A stretch of DNA of 64,000 nt from an uncultured bacterium (GCA_903922465.1 CAIXTV010000067.1:216-64215), one strand, 5' to 3'. Positions 50,959-61,597 are shown, numbered from the stretch's first letter. A program made the numbers and translations. Notes: generated by a model not told the origin, from the sequence alone.

Positions 50959-52088
50959 TATTTATTTATGAATTCTAATATTGAGGAGGTGATGTGTTTT
51001 AATTGTTCTTCATCCAATTCGGTGTGCATAGGCAATGAAACTACTGTGTTGCTTAGCATTTCGGTGATAGGAAAATCGCCAGCTTTATATCTTGGGTCGA
51101 GATAGGCTTTTTGCAAATGCAATGGAACTGGATAATATATCATAGCAGGAATGTCTTTCGTGCCTAAATAATCAATTAGTGCAGCGCGGTCAATACCACT
51201 TGTAACCAAAGTATATTGATGAAAAACATGATTGGTATAAGCAGCAGTGACTGGAGTTTTAAGATTTGGACAGTTTGCAAAGGCATTGTTGTAATACGTT
51301 GCGGCATTATTACGTGCCGTTGCATATTCGTCGAGGTGTTGTAGTTTTACTTTAAGAACGGCTGCCTGAATGCTGTCTAAGCGTGAATTCACTCCAACTA
51401 GGTCGTGATAATAGCGAACAACCATTCCGTGGTTCACTATGATGCGAAGTTGTTTTGCAAGTTCGTCGTCATTAGTAAATATAGCACCTCCATCGCCATA
51501 GCATCCTAGGTTTTTTGATGGAAAGAAAGATGTGCAACCTAGTTGTCCGATGGTTCCTGCTTTTTTGCGGCTTCCATCTTTAAATATATAATCGGCTCCG
51601 ATGGCCTGACAAGTATCTTCAATAACAAAAAGATTATGTTTTTCCGAAATTTCCATGATGCGTTCCATGTTGGCACATTGGCCGAACAAATGAACAGGGA
51701 CCACGGCTTTTGTTTTTGGTGTGATGGCTCGTTCGAAGGCTTCGGGATCGATATTAAAAGTGCCTTCTTCAACATCAACCAACACTGGTGTTAGTCCAAG
51801 CAATGCGATTACTTCGGCGGTTGCTATGAAGGTGAATGAAGTGGTAATTACTTCGTCGCCAGGCTTTAAATTGAGAGCCATCATGGCTACTTGCAATGCA
51901 TCGGTGCCATTAGCACAAGGAATTACATGCTTTACGCCCAAATATGTTTCTAAGTCTTTTTGGAATTGCTGTACGGCTGGTCCATTAATAAATGCAGTGT
52001 TTTCAATAACTTCCTGAATGGCATGATCGACTTCAGTTTTTATTTTTTGGTATTGACTTTTTAGGTCAACCATTTGAATTTTTTTCAT
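50958..52088 (-). CDS. wbpE: DegT/DnrJ/EryC1/StrS aminotransferase (WbpE/PorR-like)
   Basis: ANGTDAL, SFFPSKNLGCYGDGG, NSRLD; context wbpD/wbpB. Confidence 0.82.
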   Translation of the reverse strand: MKKIQMVDLKSQYQKIKTEVDHAIQEVIENTAFINGPAVQQFQKDLETYLGVKHVIPCANGTDALQVAMMALNLKPGDEVITTSFTFIATAEVIALLGLTPVLVDVEEGTFNIDPEAFERAITPKTKAVVPVHLFGQCANMERIMEISEKHNLFVIEDTCQAIGADYIFKDGSRKKAGTIGQLGCTSFFPSKNLGCYGDGGAIFTNDDELAKQLRIIVNHGMVVRYYHDLVGVNSRLDSIQAAVLKVKLQHLDEYATARNNAATYYNNAFANCPNLKTPVTAAYTNHVFHQYTLVTSGIDRAALIDYLGTKDIPAMIYYPVPLHLQKAYLDPRYKAGDFPITEMLSNTVVSLPMHTELDEEQLKHITSSILEFINK

Positions 52089-52237
52089 CTAAGTAATGTT
52101 ATAGTAAAATTTAGTTTTTGCAAAGATAGAATTTTCTATTCTACATTTTCAATTTTGATGTAATTCATCAGGCAAATAGTCCTCAGATGACTGTTCTCAG
52201 AGAGTAAAAGCGCAATTAGTTTGTCGATTTTAGATAT

Positions 52238-52308
52238 AAAAAAACTTTCCATTTTCCGTTAGCCTAAGAAAAAAGGTGTTTTTAGGCTAAAAGAAAACGG
52301 AAAGAGTT
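52238..52308 (-). terminator. Long imperfect hairpin downstream of FN3 gene
   Basis: tttccgtt/aacggaaa and ttagcctaa/ttaggctaa stems, T run on minus strand. Confidence 0.45.
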
Positions 52309-52352
52309 AAATTAGACAAGAGTCGATTGACAAATTTTTTGGTATTTCGAAC

Positions 52353-52997
52353 CTATGCTTTTGTGCGGAAAGGAATAGGATTGCAATACGCTCCGATGCC
52401 TGTTGGAAAAACACCGGCAACACGAATTAAATATCTAGTATCAACCTTTAAATTAGTAATCTCCATTGCGAGATTTTTGTTCCCAGCTAGAATAACATAA
52501 ACTGGGTCGTGACCCGAAATGATTTCGGCAACCTGAGCTAAATATGCTCCAGCGCCTTTTTCTTTAGGATATTCAATATTAACGGTACCTGCTTCAACTC
52601 CATCTTCAGCTTTGAAAATCCTTGGACCTCTTGGTTTTGGATCTTCATATAATTCGAATTTCATTTCAACAGGTAATGCAGGAAGATTATTTTCATTGGC
52701 ATAGTTTTCAACACATAAAGCAGTGCCACGATAGTAATCGCGTAGTAGAAAAATTCTATCCTTTAAACGAATTCCGGCAGCCTTGTCGCCACCTTTCCAC
52801 AAATGGAAATCGATTGTTGAGGAAGCACAAAGATTATTAATCTCTACAACAGTATGGGGATAATTAGTAATTTCGGTGTGACTGGTCATTTCGATAGCCA
52901 TATTCTGATTACGTTCAATAACAACCAAGGGGTTTCTTGATTTGATGGATGTTTTAACTCTAATGATGATGATCATTAATAATATATTTAGTTTCAT
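52353..52997 (-). CDS. Hypothetical protein: N-terminal helical domain + C-terminal fibronectin type III domain
   Basis: FN3 pattern GTVNIEY..GAGAY...ITNLKVDTRYLIRVAGV...G.G.Y; start may be ATG 52976; no clear signal peptide. Confidence 0.72.
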   Translation of the reverse strand: MKLNILLMIIIIRVKTSIKSRNPLVVIERNQNMAIEMTSHTEITNYPHTVVEINNLCASSTIDFHLWKGGDKAAGIRLKDRIFLLRDYYRGTALCVENYANENNLPALPVEMKFELYEDPKPRGPRIFKAEDGVEAGTVNIEYPKEKGAGAYLAQVAEIISGHDPVYVILAGNKNLAMEITNLKVDTRYLIRVAGVFPTGIGAYCNPIPFRTKA

Positions 52998-53097
52998 TTT
53001 ATTTGTTTTTAAAGTGATTATATTTTTTTTATTTGCAATTTGTTTTATTAAAGAAAATTGTTTTATGATTTGATTCAGACATTATTTATGTTTAGAA

Positions 53098-53309
53098 CAA
53101 CATACAAGGAACAACGAGCAACATACAGGGAGCAACGAGCAACATACAGGAAGCAACGAACAATACCTATTGATGCAACGAGCAACATACAGGAAGCAAC
53201 GTGCAATATGCTGGAAGAAATGATCAACACACAAGGAGCAACGTGCAATACCTATTGATGCAATGTGCAACATAGTGGAAGCAACAATCAACATAGTGGA
53301 AGCAAGCTC
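53098..53309. repeat. Tandem array 5: 10 units of 21 bp (two of 22 bp)
   Basis: caacatacaggaagcaacgag consensus; 22-bp variants caatacctattgatgcaaYgWg at 53161 and 53246. Confidence 0.88.
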
Positions 53310-53631
53310 CCTTGTGTTTGAACGAATATTCTTTGCTTAGAAACGTTGCTTACAAATAAAGGGGAGGAGATTTATCGTGCCGAATGCACAATTCTTTCAT
53401 ATGTATCAGAACAACATCTACCGAATTTCTTACATGCACTATAAAAGGGCAAGTAAAAAAAACATAATAATCGCATCTCAAATATATACTCATGACGAAA
53501 GAGTTTTAAATTCTAATTGCAAAGATACATATTTTTTAAATTCCAACAAAATTCAAAAAAAATAATTCTTTTATTTTGTGAATCAAACGATATGTATACT
53601 TTTGCAAGTCCAATTTATAATACTTATTTTC

Positions 53632-56247
53632 ATGAAAAAACAATTATCCTGCATTATTATTGCACTGATTATGCAATTATCAGCCGTAGCAACACCAATT
53701 AGCGGAACATTTAGCATTCCGGGCGATTATTCAAGTATTTCAGCAGCAATTGCTGATATAAACACAAACGGCATAGGTAGCTGAGGTGCAACTTTCAATG
53801 TTGCTGCAGCTTACACCGAATCGGTTGTTGGGTTAACATTATCAACTACCACTACCCTCGACAGCAATCATTTCATAACTTTCCGAAAAGCAGGCGCCGG
53901 ACTAAACCCCAAAGTTACTGCCTCGGGTAGCATTGCAACAAGCGATGCCGCTATAGCAATAATGGGTTCAAGTTATGTTACTTTTGATGGAATTGATATT
54001 GGTGTGACTGGGACAAATGTTGAATATGGCTATTATCTGCAAAACGTTTCGGGAACAAATGGTTCACAAAACAACAACATTAAAAATTGCCAGATTACAT
54101 TGAATAAAAGCAATAATAACTCTATCGGAATTTATCAAAACGCTTCCATAGCCATTAGCTCATCAACAGGTGCAAATTCTAATAATGTATATCGCAAAAT
54201 CAATATTGATAATAGTTTTACGGGAATTTGGTTGGTTTCGCAAGCTGCCTTTCCCGATATAAACTGCGTAATTGATTCATGCAAGGTTGGAACCACTGCC
54301 AATAGTATAGGTGGCGTTGGAACAGGAGCAACCTGGGGAATCAGATGCGATTATGCAAACACTATCATAATTTCGGCAAATGAAGTTGGAAATATAACTA
54401 TGACAGGAACTAAAAACATAGGCGGAATCTTTTTAGGCGGATGCACGGGTTTAAGTCAGGTATATAACAATAAGGTTCATGATTTAAAAGTTACTAGCAC
54501 ATCAACGAGTTCTGCTCCGATAGGAATAAGAATTGATGAGCCTTCCGGATACAGCGCAATGCTGTACAATAATATGATTTGGGGCTTTTCACATGGCATC
54601 ACTTCACCTAATGCAACCCTATTGTTTCGTGCCATTTCAATCAATACTAATGGTTCAACAGGGACAGTGAATGTTTATAATAATACCGCATGGATTGCAA
54701 GTGGAGCAAATCCTTCAAGCGCAGTATTTAGTATTGGAAGTGGATTGGCAAATGTTAAGAATAATATATTCTATAATACATCAACAGCAGGAGCAACCTC
54801 ATTGAGGTATTGCTATTATGCAGCCTCCGGAACTCTGAATACCTCCGATTATAATGAGCTTTATATTCCAACAGGAACTAATAATTATATTGGTAATTAT
54901 GCTTCTGCTAATAAGACTTTGTTGAGCGATTGGCGCACATCAACCAACATGGATGCCAATTCATTAAATTTGACACTTAATTTCACTTCAGCTTCAAACC
55001 CACATTTGGATGTTAATTCGAATTGTAATTTTGATGGAAAAGGGACTTACATTTTAGGGATTACACAGGATATAGACAATGACATTCGCGATTTAACTAT
55101 GCCCGATATTGGTGCTGATGAATTTCAAGGAGGATGCATCGCTCCTAACGTATTTACGGTAATCGGGGGAGGTAGTTTTTGTGCAGCAGGTTTAGGTGTA
55201 ATTGTTGGCTTAAACGGTTCTCAAGTTGGTGTTAAATATCAATTATATCGCGATGGTTCCATCGTAGTTGGATCTCCTGTTGGAGGTACAGGAAGCTCCA
55301 TTTCATTCGGAAATCAAAATATTGCAGGGACCTATACTGTCAAAACAACTTCAGATGGCTGCTATTGTATCGCCACAATGATAGGAAGTGCGCAATTAAA
55401 CATGGTGCCCATTCCTGATCAACCTTTAGGAAACACCCCACAGGTTTTTATTAACGGTGGCACAATTTCCGACTTACAAGTTACAGGTACTCTCATTCAG
55501 TGGTATGATGCAGCAACAGGTGGCAATTTAATTAGCTCTACCGATTCGTTAATCGACGGAAACACATATTATGCCAGTCAAATTGTGGGTGGATGTGAAA
55601 GTCAAAACCGTTTGGCCGTGAATGTAATCTTGATTCATATTAAAGTGGTTAATATTCATTTATTCCTAGAGGGTTTATATAATTCAGTAAGTATGCAGAT
55701 GAATGAAGCCAAGGATGGTAGCAGTGATGAAGTTAAATGGGGATATGGCATAGCCGATAGAATACAAGTGGATCTTTTCGAAGAAAATCCTCCTTATGCG
55801 CCAATAGGCGTAAGCATAAGTGGAATTGATTTAACAACAGGAGGTTTAGCAACGTTTCAGGTTTCACCTAGCTGGAGTGGAAATTATTATATTAGAATCA
55901 GATCTAGAAATCACTTAGAAACATGGTCAACTATAGCAGTTCCTTTTAGCTCCTCAACTGTTGAGTATAATTTCACTACTGCATCTATGCAGGCTTATGG
56001 CCTTAGTTCACAGGTTAAGGTTTCATCAAATCCTGATGTGTATGCCTTTTATCTTGGCGATTTAGATCAGGGAGGATGGGTCGATTCAGAGGATTTTAAT
56101 TTATTTGAACCCTATTTAACTGCAGGGACTGTAGGATTTGTTATAGCCGATTTTAATGGAAGTGGTTGGGTCGACTCTGATGATTTCAATCTTTTTGAAT
56201 TAAGATTAACCACAGGGGCTTTTGCGCAATATCCTGGAAAGAAATAG
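53632..56247 (+). pseudogene. Large secreted beta-helix/Ig protein with C-terminal dockerin-like repeats, interrupted by in-frame TGA at 53782-53784
   Basis: Signal-peptide ORF (ATG 53632) and ORF 53962 share a frame, open on both sides of one TGA; C-terminal FLEGLY, RNHLETWS, GDLDQGGWVD, DFNGSGWVD. Confidence 0.78.
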
Positions 56248-56254
56248 AAGGAAT

Positions 56255-57094
56255 TTATCTCTTAATAAACTTCTGTCTGCCAACTATTAGATTATTATTC
56301 ATCAGCTGAATAATGTATAAGCCATTGGTCAAATTAGAAACATCAATATTGTTTTTATAATTTCCCGAATAAATTGTTTCACCCAAATTGTTCATAATTT
56401 GAATTTTATTAAAAACATCACACGACGTAATGTTTATTTGATTTGATGCAGGATTAGGGTATAGATTTATGTTGGCAGAATTGTTTTCCTTAACATTAGT
56501 ATTGATTACCGAACCATAAATAAAGATATCATCTATTTTAGAAACCCCTGCAGAAGTAACAATAGTTCCAACAGAGCTAGTGTCGGAAGTCATAAGCCAA
56601 CGTATTGCCAAAGCACTCTGATTGTTGCAGCCTAAAGGCAGCGAAATGCTATCGACAAAAGCCGTAGTGTAATCGTTTGCAGTGATGATATTACCTCCTG
56701 CGATATCTGTCCACGAAATTCCCATATCGATAGTATATTGAAGTTTAAAATCGCGTGGTCCTGCATTTGCTCCACCCGATTGCTGACGCGAAGAAAGATG
56801 CAGATTATCATACCCCATTGTATTCACATCTATAATCCAGTACTTTGTTCCGTTACCATTGTCCCACGCTGTGGCTTGTGCCGATTTTGTTGTATACCCG
56901 TTTTTCGAAAAGTCGATTACGGTTGTACCCATAGCTTTGATTGTTTTACTTGCATTTTGAGCAATACCCTGATCGGCAATACTGTCAATTGATGTGCCCG
57001 TTGGGAAACTCCATCCGGCAATTATACTTTGCGACATGAGTGATTGGCTTGCAGCTAGGGCTGCACCTAAGAAAATAGTTTTTATTAAATTCAT
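56255..57094 (-). CDS. T9SS type A sorting (CTD) domain protein
   Basis: Signal peptide; LYPNPAS...IDVSNLTNGLYII...KFIK. Confidence 0.88.
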   Translation of the reverse strand: MNLIKTIFLGAALAASQSLMSQSIIAGWSFPTGTSIDSIADQGIAQNASKTIKAMGTTVIDFSKNGYTTKSAQATAWDNGNGTKYWIIDVNTMGYDNLHLSSRQQSGGANAGPRDFKLQYTIDMGISWTDIAGGNIITANDYTTAFVDSISLPLGCNNQSALAIRWLMTSDTSSVGTIVTSAGVSKIDDIFIYGSVINTNVKENNSANINLYPNPASNQINITSCDVFNKIQIMNNLGETIYSGNYKNNIDVSNLTNGLYIIQLMNNNLIVGRQKFIKR

Positions 57095-57098
57095 TTTG

Positions 57099-59405
57099 TT
57101 ATAGTTTAAAAGTTAAATTAATGGTTGTATATCTGCCTGGTGAAATTTGGCCTTTATTATTTATGTAAGGAATATCCAATACGTCAATCATATTAAGGCG
57201 GATGAGAAAATTGTGAAACACTTCCTTAAACAGACTTGCATTTAACTGCCAATAACCGTTATTCTTCAGGATGTTTTCATCATCAGCCCAAGTGAAACTG
57301 CGATATGAAGCATTAAGTGTGAAATGCACAATTTTGCTGCTGAGTTGCAAGGCGGCATACAATTGATGATTAGGAACATCGGTCAGATGTTTTCCTTTCA
57401 GATCGATATCGGTAGAAGTATTGATTTTGTATTTGGTAATGATGGAATTTGTATAGGCATAGTTGCCCGTAAACTTTAGGAATTTACAAATAGGAAAACT
57501 AACAGAAATCTCAGCCCCAGCAATGCTTACGTCGCCAATGTTTTCCCTTTTCAGAATAGGTTTCAATTTATCGCCACCAGTAAACACAGAATCGCCTGTG
57601 GCGGCAAAATACATAAAATCTTTCCCAAAAGAATAGTATAAGGAGGGTTCTATTTTAATTCTATCTATGCTGATATCTCCACCAATTTCATAATTGTCAA
57701 TTTTTTCGGGATTAAGAAAAGGATTTGCCAGCTTGAAACCTTTCGATACGTTTCCATTGCGACAGATGTCATCTAAAATTGGAGGACGGAAACCTTTGTT
57801 CCAGGCAAGATATGCATTGATTTTTGAACTTATGTTATATTTCAGAGCTACTTTTGGACTTAAAGCACTCCATTCGGCAGGATCTAAGCTATTAGGATAA
57901 AGGTTCATGAACTCAGTGTTTGAGCTTGCCTCATCAATGTGGAAATAACCCTTGTGGAAATGTGCATAATCGAAACGTAAGCCAACGTCAATAACAAACT
58001 TCTTCTCCCAAAGCGAATGTTCATAATCGCAAAACACTCCTGCCATATCTATTTCTCCCCTATTGTTAATGATATCGCTTGCCGTTTTATAGACATCGCT
58101 TCCATCCACACTTCCACTCTTAAAGTCAATGCCCCCAACAAAATTGCCATGTTTCCCAAGTTGAGAGGTTGCGGTAAGCCAAGCTCCCAAATCGTTTCGG
58201 GTGGTTTCGGTATTGTATAAAGTATATTTATTTGCATTCTTTACACTCATGCTTTCGGTTTGCCTTGAATAGAGTTCAGATTGAAGGTATATATTCCCTT
58301 CTATTTTAATATTTTTAATAGAAGATGTCAGATTCATTCTTGCGAAATGAGTGGCATATTGGCTATAGGTGCCGTCTTTCTCATATATGTGCGTTCCTTC
58401 ACCTCTTTTGTCATCATAATAGGAATATTCTGCAGTGATGCTTGTTTTGCTATTAAAAGAATAACCTCCTTTAGCGCCTATGCTGTATTCCCAAAGCTTG
58501 GTCGCAATATCGGTTGAATCGCGCAAGCTATCGGGGACTATAATATAGCCATCCCCAGCACGATAATGGCTGAACAATTGCCACCAAAAGCCATGCAGTT
58601 CTTTAACATGATTCCCTCCTGCAATAAAGTCAATACCTTTAGTTCCATAACTTCCAACATAAACTTTGGTCATTAATTCGAAGGGTTTTTTGGGTTTAGC
58701 TGAAATGATATTAACCACACCTGCCATAGCAGAACCTCCATAAATGATGGATGTAGGTCCCTTTGCCACTTCAATGCTTTCGATATTATCATTCATAATG
58801 CGGTTCCAGTTGATGCTTCCTCCATCTGCTTTATTAAGAGGGATTCCGTCTTGCAAAATCAATACACGTTGAGCGCTGTTTAATCCTCTCATACTAATGC
58901 TGGCATTACGGCTGAAAATCCCCTGACTTCTATCAACTATCACTCCAGGCAATTGACCCAGAAGTTCGTCGGCATACATGGCTGGTTCTGCATCAATAGA
59001 CTTTGCATCGATAAGATGTATTCGAAGGGGTATATCTTTTATTTCTCTTGAACTTCGGGTAGCTGTTACAAAGAAGGGTTCAATTTCTACTGTCCTTCTG
59101 CGAAGCTCAATTCGTAAAAAAGTTGTGGCAGCACTCACAATTACAGTAGTATCTTCATAACCCACATAAGAAAATACTATGTTTGAAGTTCCTTCATTTG
59201 GAATTTCGAAACTAAAGCTTCCTGATGCATCGCTGGCAAGCTTTGTTTGATGTTTTATGTTATGTATTTTGCATCCGCTTAATGCCTGATGGGTTTCGGC
59301 ATCTTGCACATTTCCTTTGATTAGATGTTGCGAAAAACCACTTAGGTTCATAAGCAATAATGCAGATAACCAAAGACCTTTATTATAAAAACGAAACATA
59401 AACAT
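57099..59405 (-). CDS. TonB-dependent outer membrane receptor
   Basis: N-terminal CarboxypepD-like domain, plug (VTATR, ISMRG, IESIEVAKGP..YG..AMAGVVNII), LNPEK, C-terminal PGR...FKL. Confidence 0.92.
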   Translation of the reverse strand: MFMFRFYNKGLWLSALLLMNLSGFSQHLIKGNVQDAETHQALSGCKIHNIKHQTKLASDASGSFSFEIPNEGTSNIVFSYVGYEDTTVIVSAATTFLRIELRRRTVEIEPFFVTATRSSREIKDIPLRIHLIDAKSIDAEPAMYADELLGQLPGVIVDRSQGIFSRNASISMRGLNSAQRVLILQDGIPLNKADGGSINWNRIMNDNIESIEVAKGPTSIIYGGSAMAGVVNIISAKPKKPFELMTKVYVGSYGTKGIDFIAGGNHVKELHGFWWQLFSHYRAGDGYIIVPDSLRDSTDIATKLWEYSIGAKGGYSFNSKTSITAEYSYYDDKRGEGTHIYEKDGTYSQYATHFARMNLTSSIKNIKIEGNIYLQSELYSRQTESMSVKNANKYTLYNTETTRNDLGAWLTATSQLGKHGNFVGGIDFKSGSVDGSDVYKTASDIINNRGEIDMAGVFCDYEHSLWEKKFVIDVGLRFDYAHFHKGYFHIDEASSNTEFMNLYPNSLDPAEWSALSPKVALKYNISSKINAYLAWNKGFRPPILDDICRNGNVSKGFKLANPFLNPEKIDNYEIGGDISIDRIKIEPSLYYSFGKDFMYFAATGDSVFTGGDKLKPILKRENIGDVSIAGAEISVSFPICKFLKFTGNYAYTNSIITKYKINTSTDIDLKGKHLTDVPNHQLYAALQLSSKIVHFTLNASYRSFTWADDENILKNNGYWQLNASLFKEVFHNFLIRLNMIDVLDIPYINNKGQISPGRYTTINLTFKL

Positions 59406-60304
59406 TATTGCTGACGCTTTATATTCATCACCACATGGCCAGTGTCGCCAGCTGTAACAGAACTTATTTCAATTAAGCCGAGTTTCCCTGCATGGTCGAT
59501 AAACGAGAGCAACATTCCAGCCTCCAGATACTTTGCTTTTCGTTTGGCATCAATGGGGTTGTAAGCTGCAAGGATTAAACTATCATTCGAAGCAGCATGA
59601 AAGCTGATAAGACTAACATCGGTAGTGTCGTAACGGGTTTCATTTTTAATGGTCCAGTTCGAAATGCCATTTACTCCTGTATAATAATTAGGTGCTTCCG
59701 TTTCGTTAGGAGAGGAAAGGGTTGATAGATAGGGCCCGAAATAATATAGCATATCGATGGAGTCCTGAAATGCGAAAGCATCAGCCAAAGTGTAGGTTAG
59801 GCCTGTGTTAAATGAAAAGAAATTCCCGAAAGAGATATTACTTTGAGCCCCAAGAGTGATATTGTTGAAAGAAATAATGTTTCCGTATTGCGAGATGGCG
59901 CTTTTAGTTAAAGTGACGGAGACTGATGATTTGTTGCGATCTTTATCCATCACCGTAATAATCCATTTTTCAGCAGCTAAGGAGGACTTTATAATTTCAT
60001 AAGTCCAGTTTAATTCAGAAACATTTAAACCGCTATCCAATAGGGTTTGAATATTTGTTCCATTGTCGATGCTTACGTTAATATAAGTGATATTTGCCCC
60101 CATTGCTTTGGCATTAATACCGATTTTAACCTTTGCGCCTACCGATAAGGTGGTATCGCCTGCTGCAAATCCCGCATCATGAATCAAGGTGATGGTGGGT
60201 GGGGCAGATTCGCTTTCTTTTTTGCACGAATACAAGATTCCGCATATGATAAATATGGAAATGAAAAAAAACACTATTCGCACAAAAAGCTTATGTACAT
60301 TCAT
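59405..60304 (-). CDS. Surface lipoprotein associated with the TonB receptor
   Basis: Lipobox LYSC-KKE; LGAQ..GNFFS, IDMLYY, GKLGLI. Confidence 0.75.
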   Translation of the reverse strand: MNVHKLFVRIVFFFISIFIICGILYSCKKESESAPPTITLIHDAGFAAGDTTLSVGAKVKIGINAKAMGANITYINVSIDNGTNIQTLLDSGLNVSELNWTYEIIKSSLAAEKWIITVMDKDRNKSSVSVTLTKSAISQYGNIISFNNITLGAQSNISFGNFFSFNTGLTYTLADAFAFQDSIDMLYYFGPYLSTLSSPNETEAPNYYTGVNGISNWTIKNETRYDTTDVSLISFHAASNDSLILAAYNPIDAKRKAKYLEAGMLLSFIDHAGKLGLIEISSVTAGDTGHVVMNIKRQQ

Positions 60305-60321
60305 TCTAATAAAAGTCTGAA

Positions 60322-60881
60322 CTATTTCTGTTTATCAAGCAGTTTAACCAGACCTAATCCGGCTAAAGCTCCCAAATATCCGAAAATAAAATGTGTTAAA
60401 AAGGGGAAGAAAAACCCCTGAGCAAATGATTGAGAAATAACATTCGTGAAACCCCCAAATGACAAACGTGCAAAGGGAAGAAACATCCACGAAAAGGCTC
60501 CGGCTAAACTAACGATGAAAATGTTTGAAGAAAGTTTATTCATCATTGCAAACATTACATCCATTACGATGCCCAGCAATAAATACATAACGGGCATCAA
60601 GGGGTTTGAGAAGCCTAAAACTCCAGTTAAAAGTAATCCACCTGCACCCAAACAACTTATGGTGCTTGCATAAGGAAACCTTGAAAAGCCTCTTGCCGAA
60701 ATTAGCAAGGCAATAAACAATATTCCAGCCTTCCGGGAAGATGCATTGGAATCCTCAGCTTTGCATGAAGGGTGATTGCCAAGGCTCCCATTAACAAAAG
60801 GAACAGGATTTCAATTGCTAAGGCAAAACTTTTATTGGGAAATACTTTTGATATACTCTTTTGAAGCACTGTGGTACTCAT
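60322..60881 (-). pseudogene. ECF S-component-like membrane protein with 1-nt frameshift near 60728
   Basis: MSTTVLQK...HAKLRIPMHLPGR (60881-60729), then 2 nt, then GILFIALL... in the 60322 frame; ~6 TM segments, THFIFG. Confidence 0.65.
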
Positions 60882-61569
60882 AGTCGTTTGTGTTTAAGTT
60901 TTTTTCTACGATTAATGTAATCTTTCCATTGATATGAACTGGTCGGCACCATTCACCCTTCAAAATTAAACTTTCTGGGGGAACTGCGACCGTATTTTTT
61001 TCAGTTATATTTTCAATTTTAATAATTTGTTGCAATTCATTTGCTTTAAAGACACCGCTAAGGGTCCTAAGTTGAGGCAGCCAAAGCAAACGTCCATCAT
61101 TTCCTTCTGCTCTTAGTCCGGTGGCGGCTAAGGCACCAATGATGCCAATCTTTTTGCCGGTCAATCCTTCGAGAAAGATGTTAGCTGATTTAGCTATTTC
61201 TTTGGCTTCGGGCATAAATAATATTTCTTTTTTTGCTCTATGTCCCCAATTGATAATGTCGTCATTGAGATCATCCAGCCGAGCAACACATAGGCCCGCA
61301 TCACTAAAAAAGGCGCTTTCTCTCTTTAAAAATCTTCTGCAAAAAGCAATGATATCTGAAACTTCCTTATGTGCTTCGCAGAAAAGACTAGCCGAACTGT
61401 TGTGAGAAGTATAGGGGATGCGTCTATCGAATAATAATTGATGTCGGCTTATACTCATCAAGGAAATGAAGCCCCTTTTTTCTAAGAGTGCGCCCAGTTT
61501 CCTTGCCCGATGTCCGGTACCTTTGCTGTACTTATTATCGGTGTCGTCGATGCTGATGATGAGTTTCAT
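60832..61569 (-). CDS. Stand-alone TiaS N-terminal-like (DDTD) domain protein
   Basis: ISIDDTDN, RHQL...IPYTSHNSS, DAGLC, GIIGALAA resemble TiaS/DUF1743 catalytic motifs; lacks OB and Zn-ribbon domains. Confidence 0.65.
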   Translation of the reverse strand: MKLIISIDDTDNKYSKGTGHRARKLGALLEKRGFISLMSISRHQLLFDRRIPYTSHNSSASLFCEAHKEVSDIIAFCRRFLKRESAFFSDAGLCVARLDDLNDDIINWGHRAKKEILFMPEAKEIAKSANIFLEGLTGKKIGIIGALAATGLRAEGNDGRLLWLPQLRTLSGVFKANELQQIIKIENITEKNTVAVPPESLILKGEWCRPVHINGKITLIVEKNLNTNDYEYHSASKEYIKSISQ

Positions 61570-61597
61570 TTAAGGCGAGAGGTAATTATTTTCATGA

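Noticed and set aside
53058-53294. Short ORFs over array 5
   Set aside because: 22-bp units shift the repeat frame; no coding signal
10849-53309. Tandem arrays as CRISPR or TIGR guide arrays
   Set aside because: Units are contiguous with no unique spacers, the period is 21/42 bp, and no cas or Nop-domain gene is in the window
53782-53784. Selenocysteine or TGA=Gly genetic code
   Set aside because: Gly-like, non-catalytic context with no evident SECIS; TGA is a normal stop at 13687, 31716 and 43837
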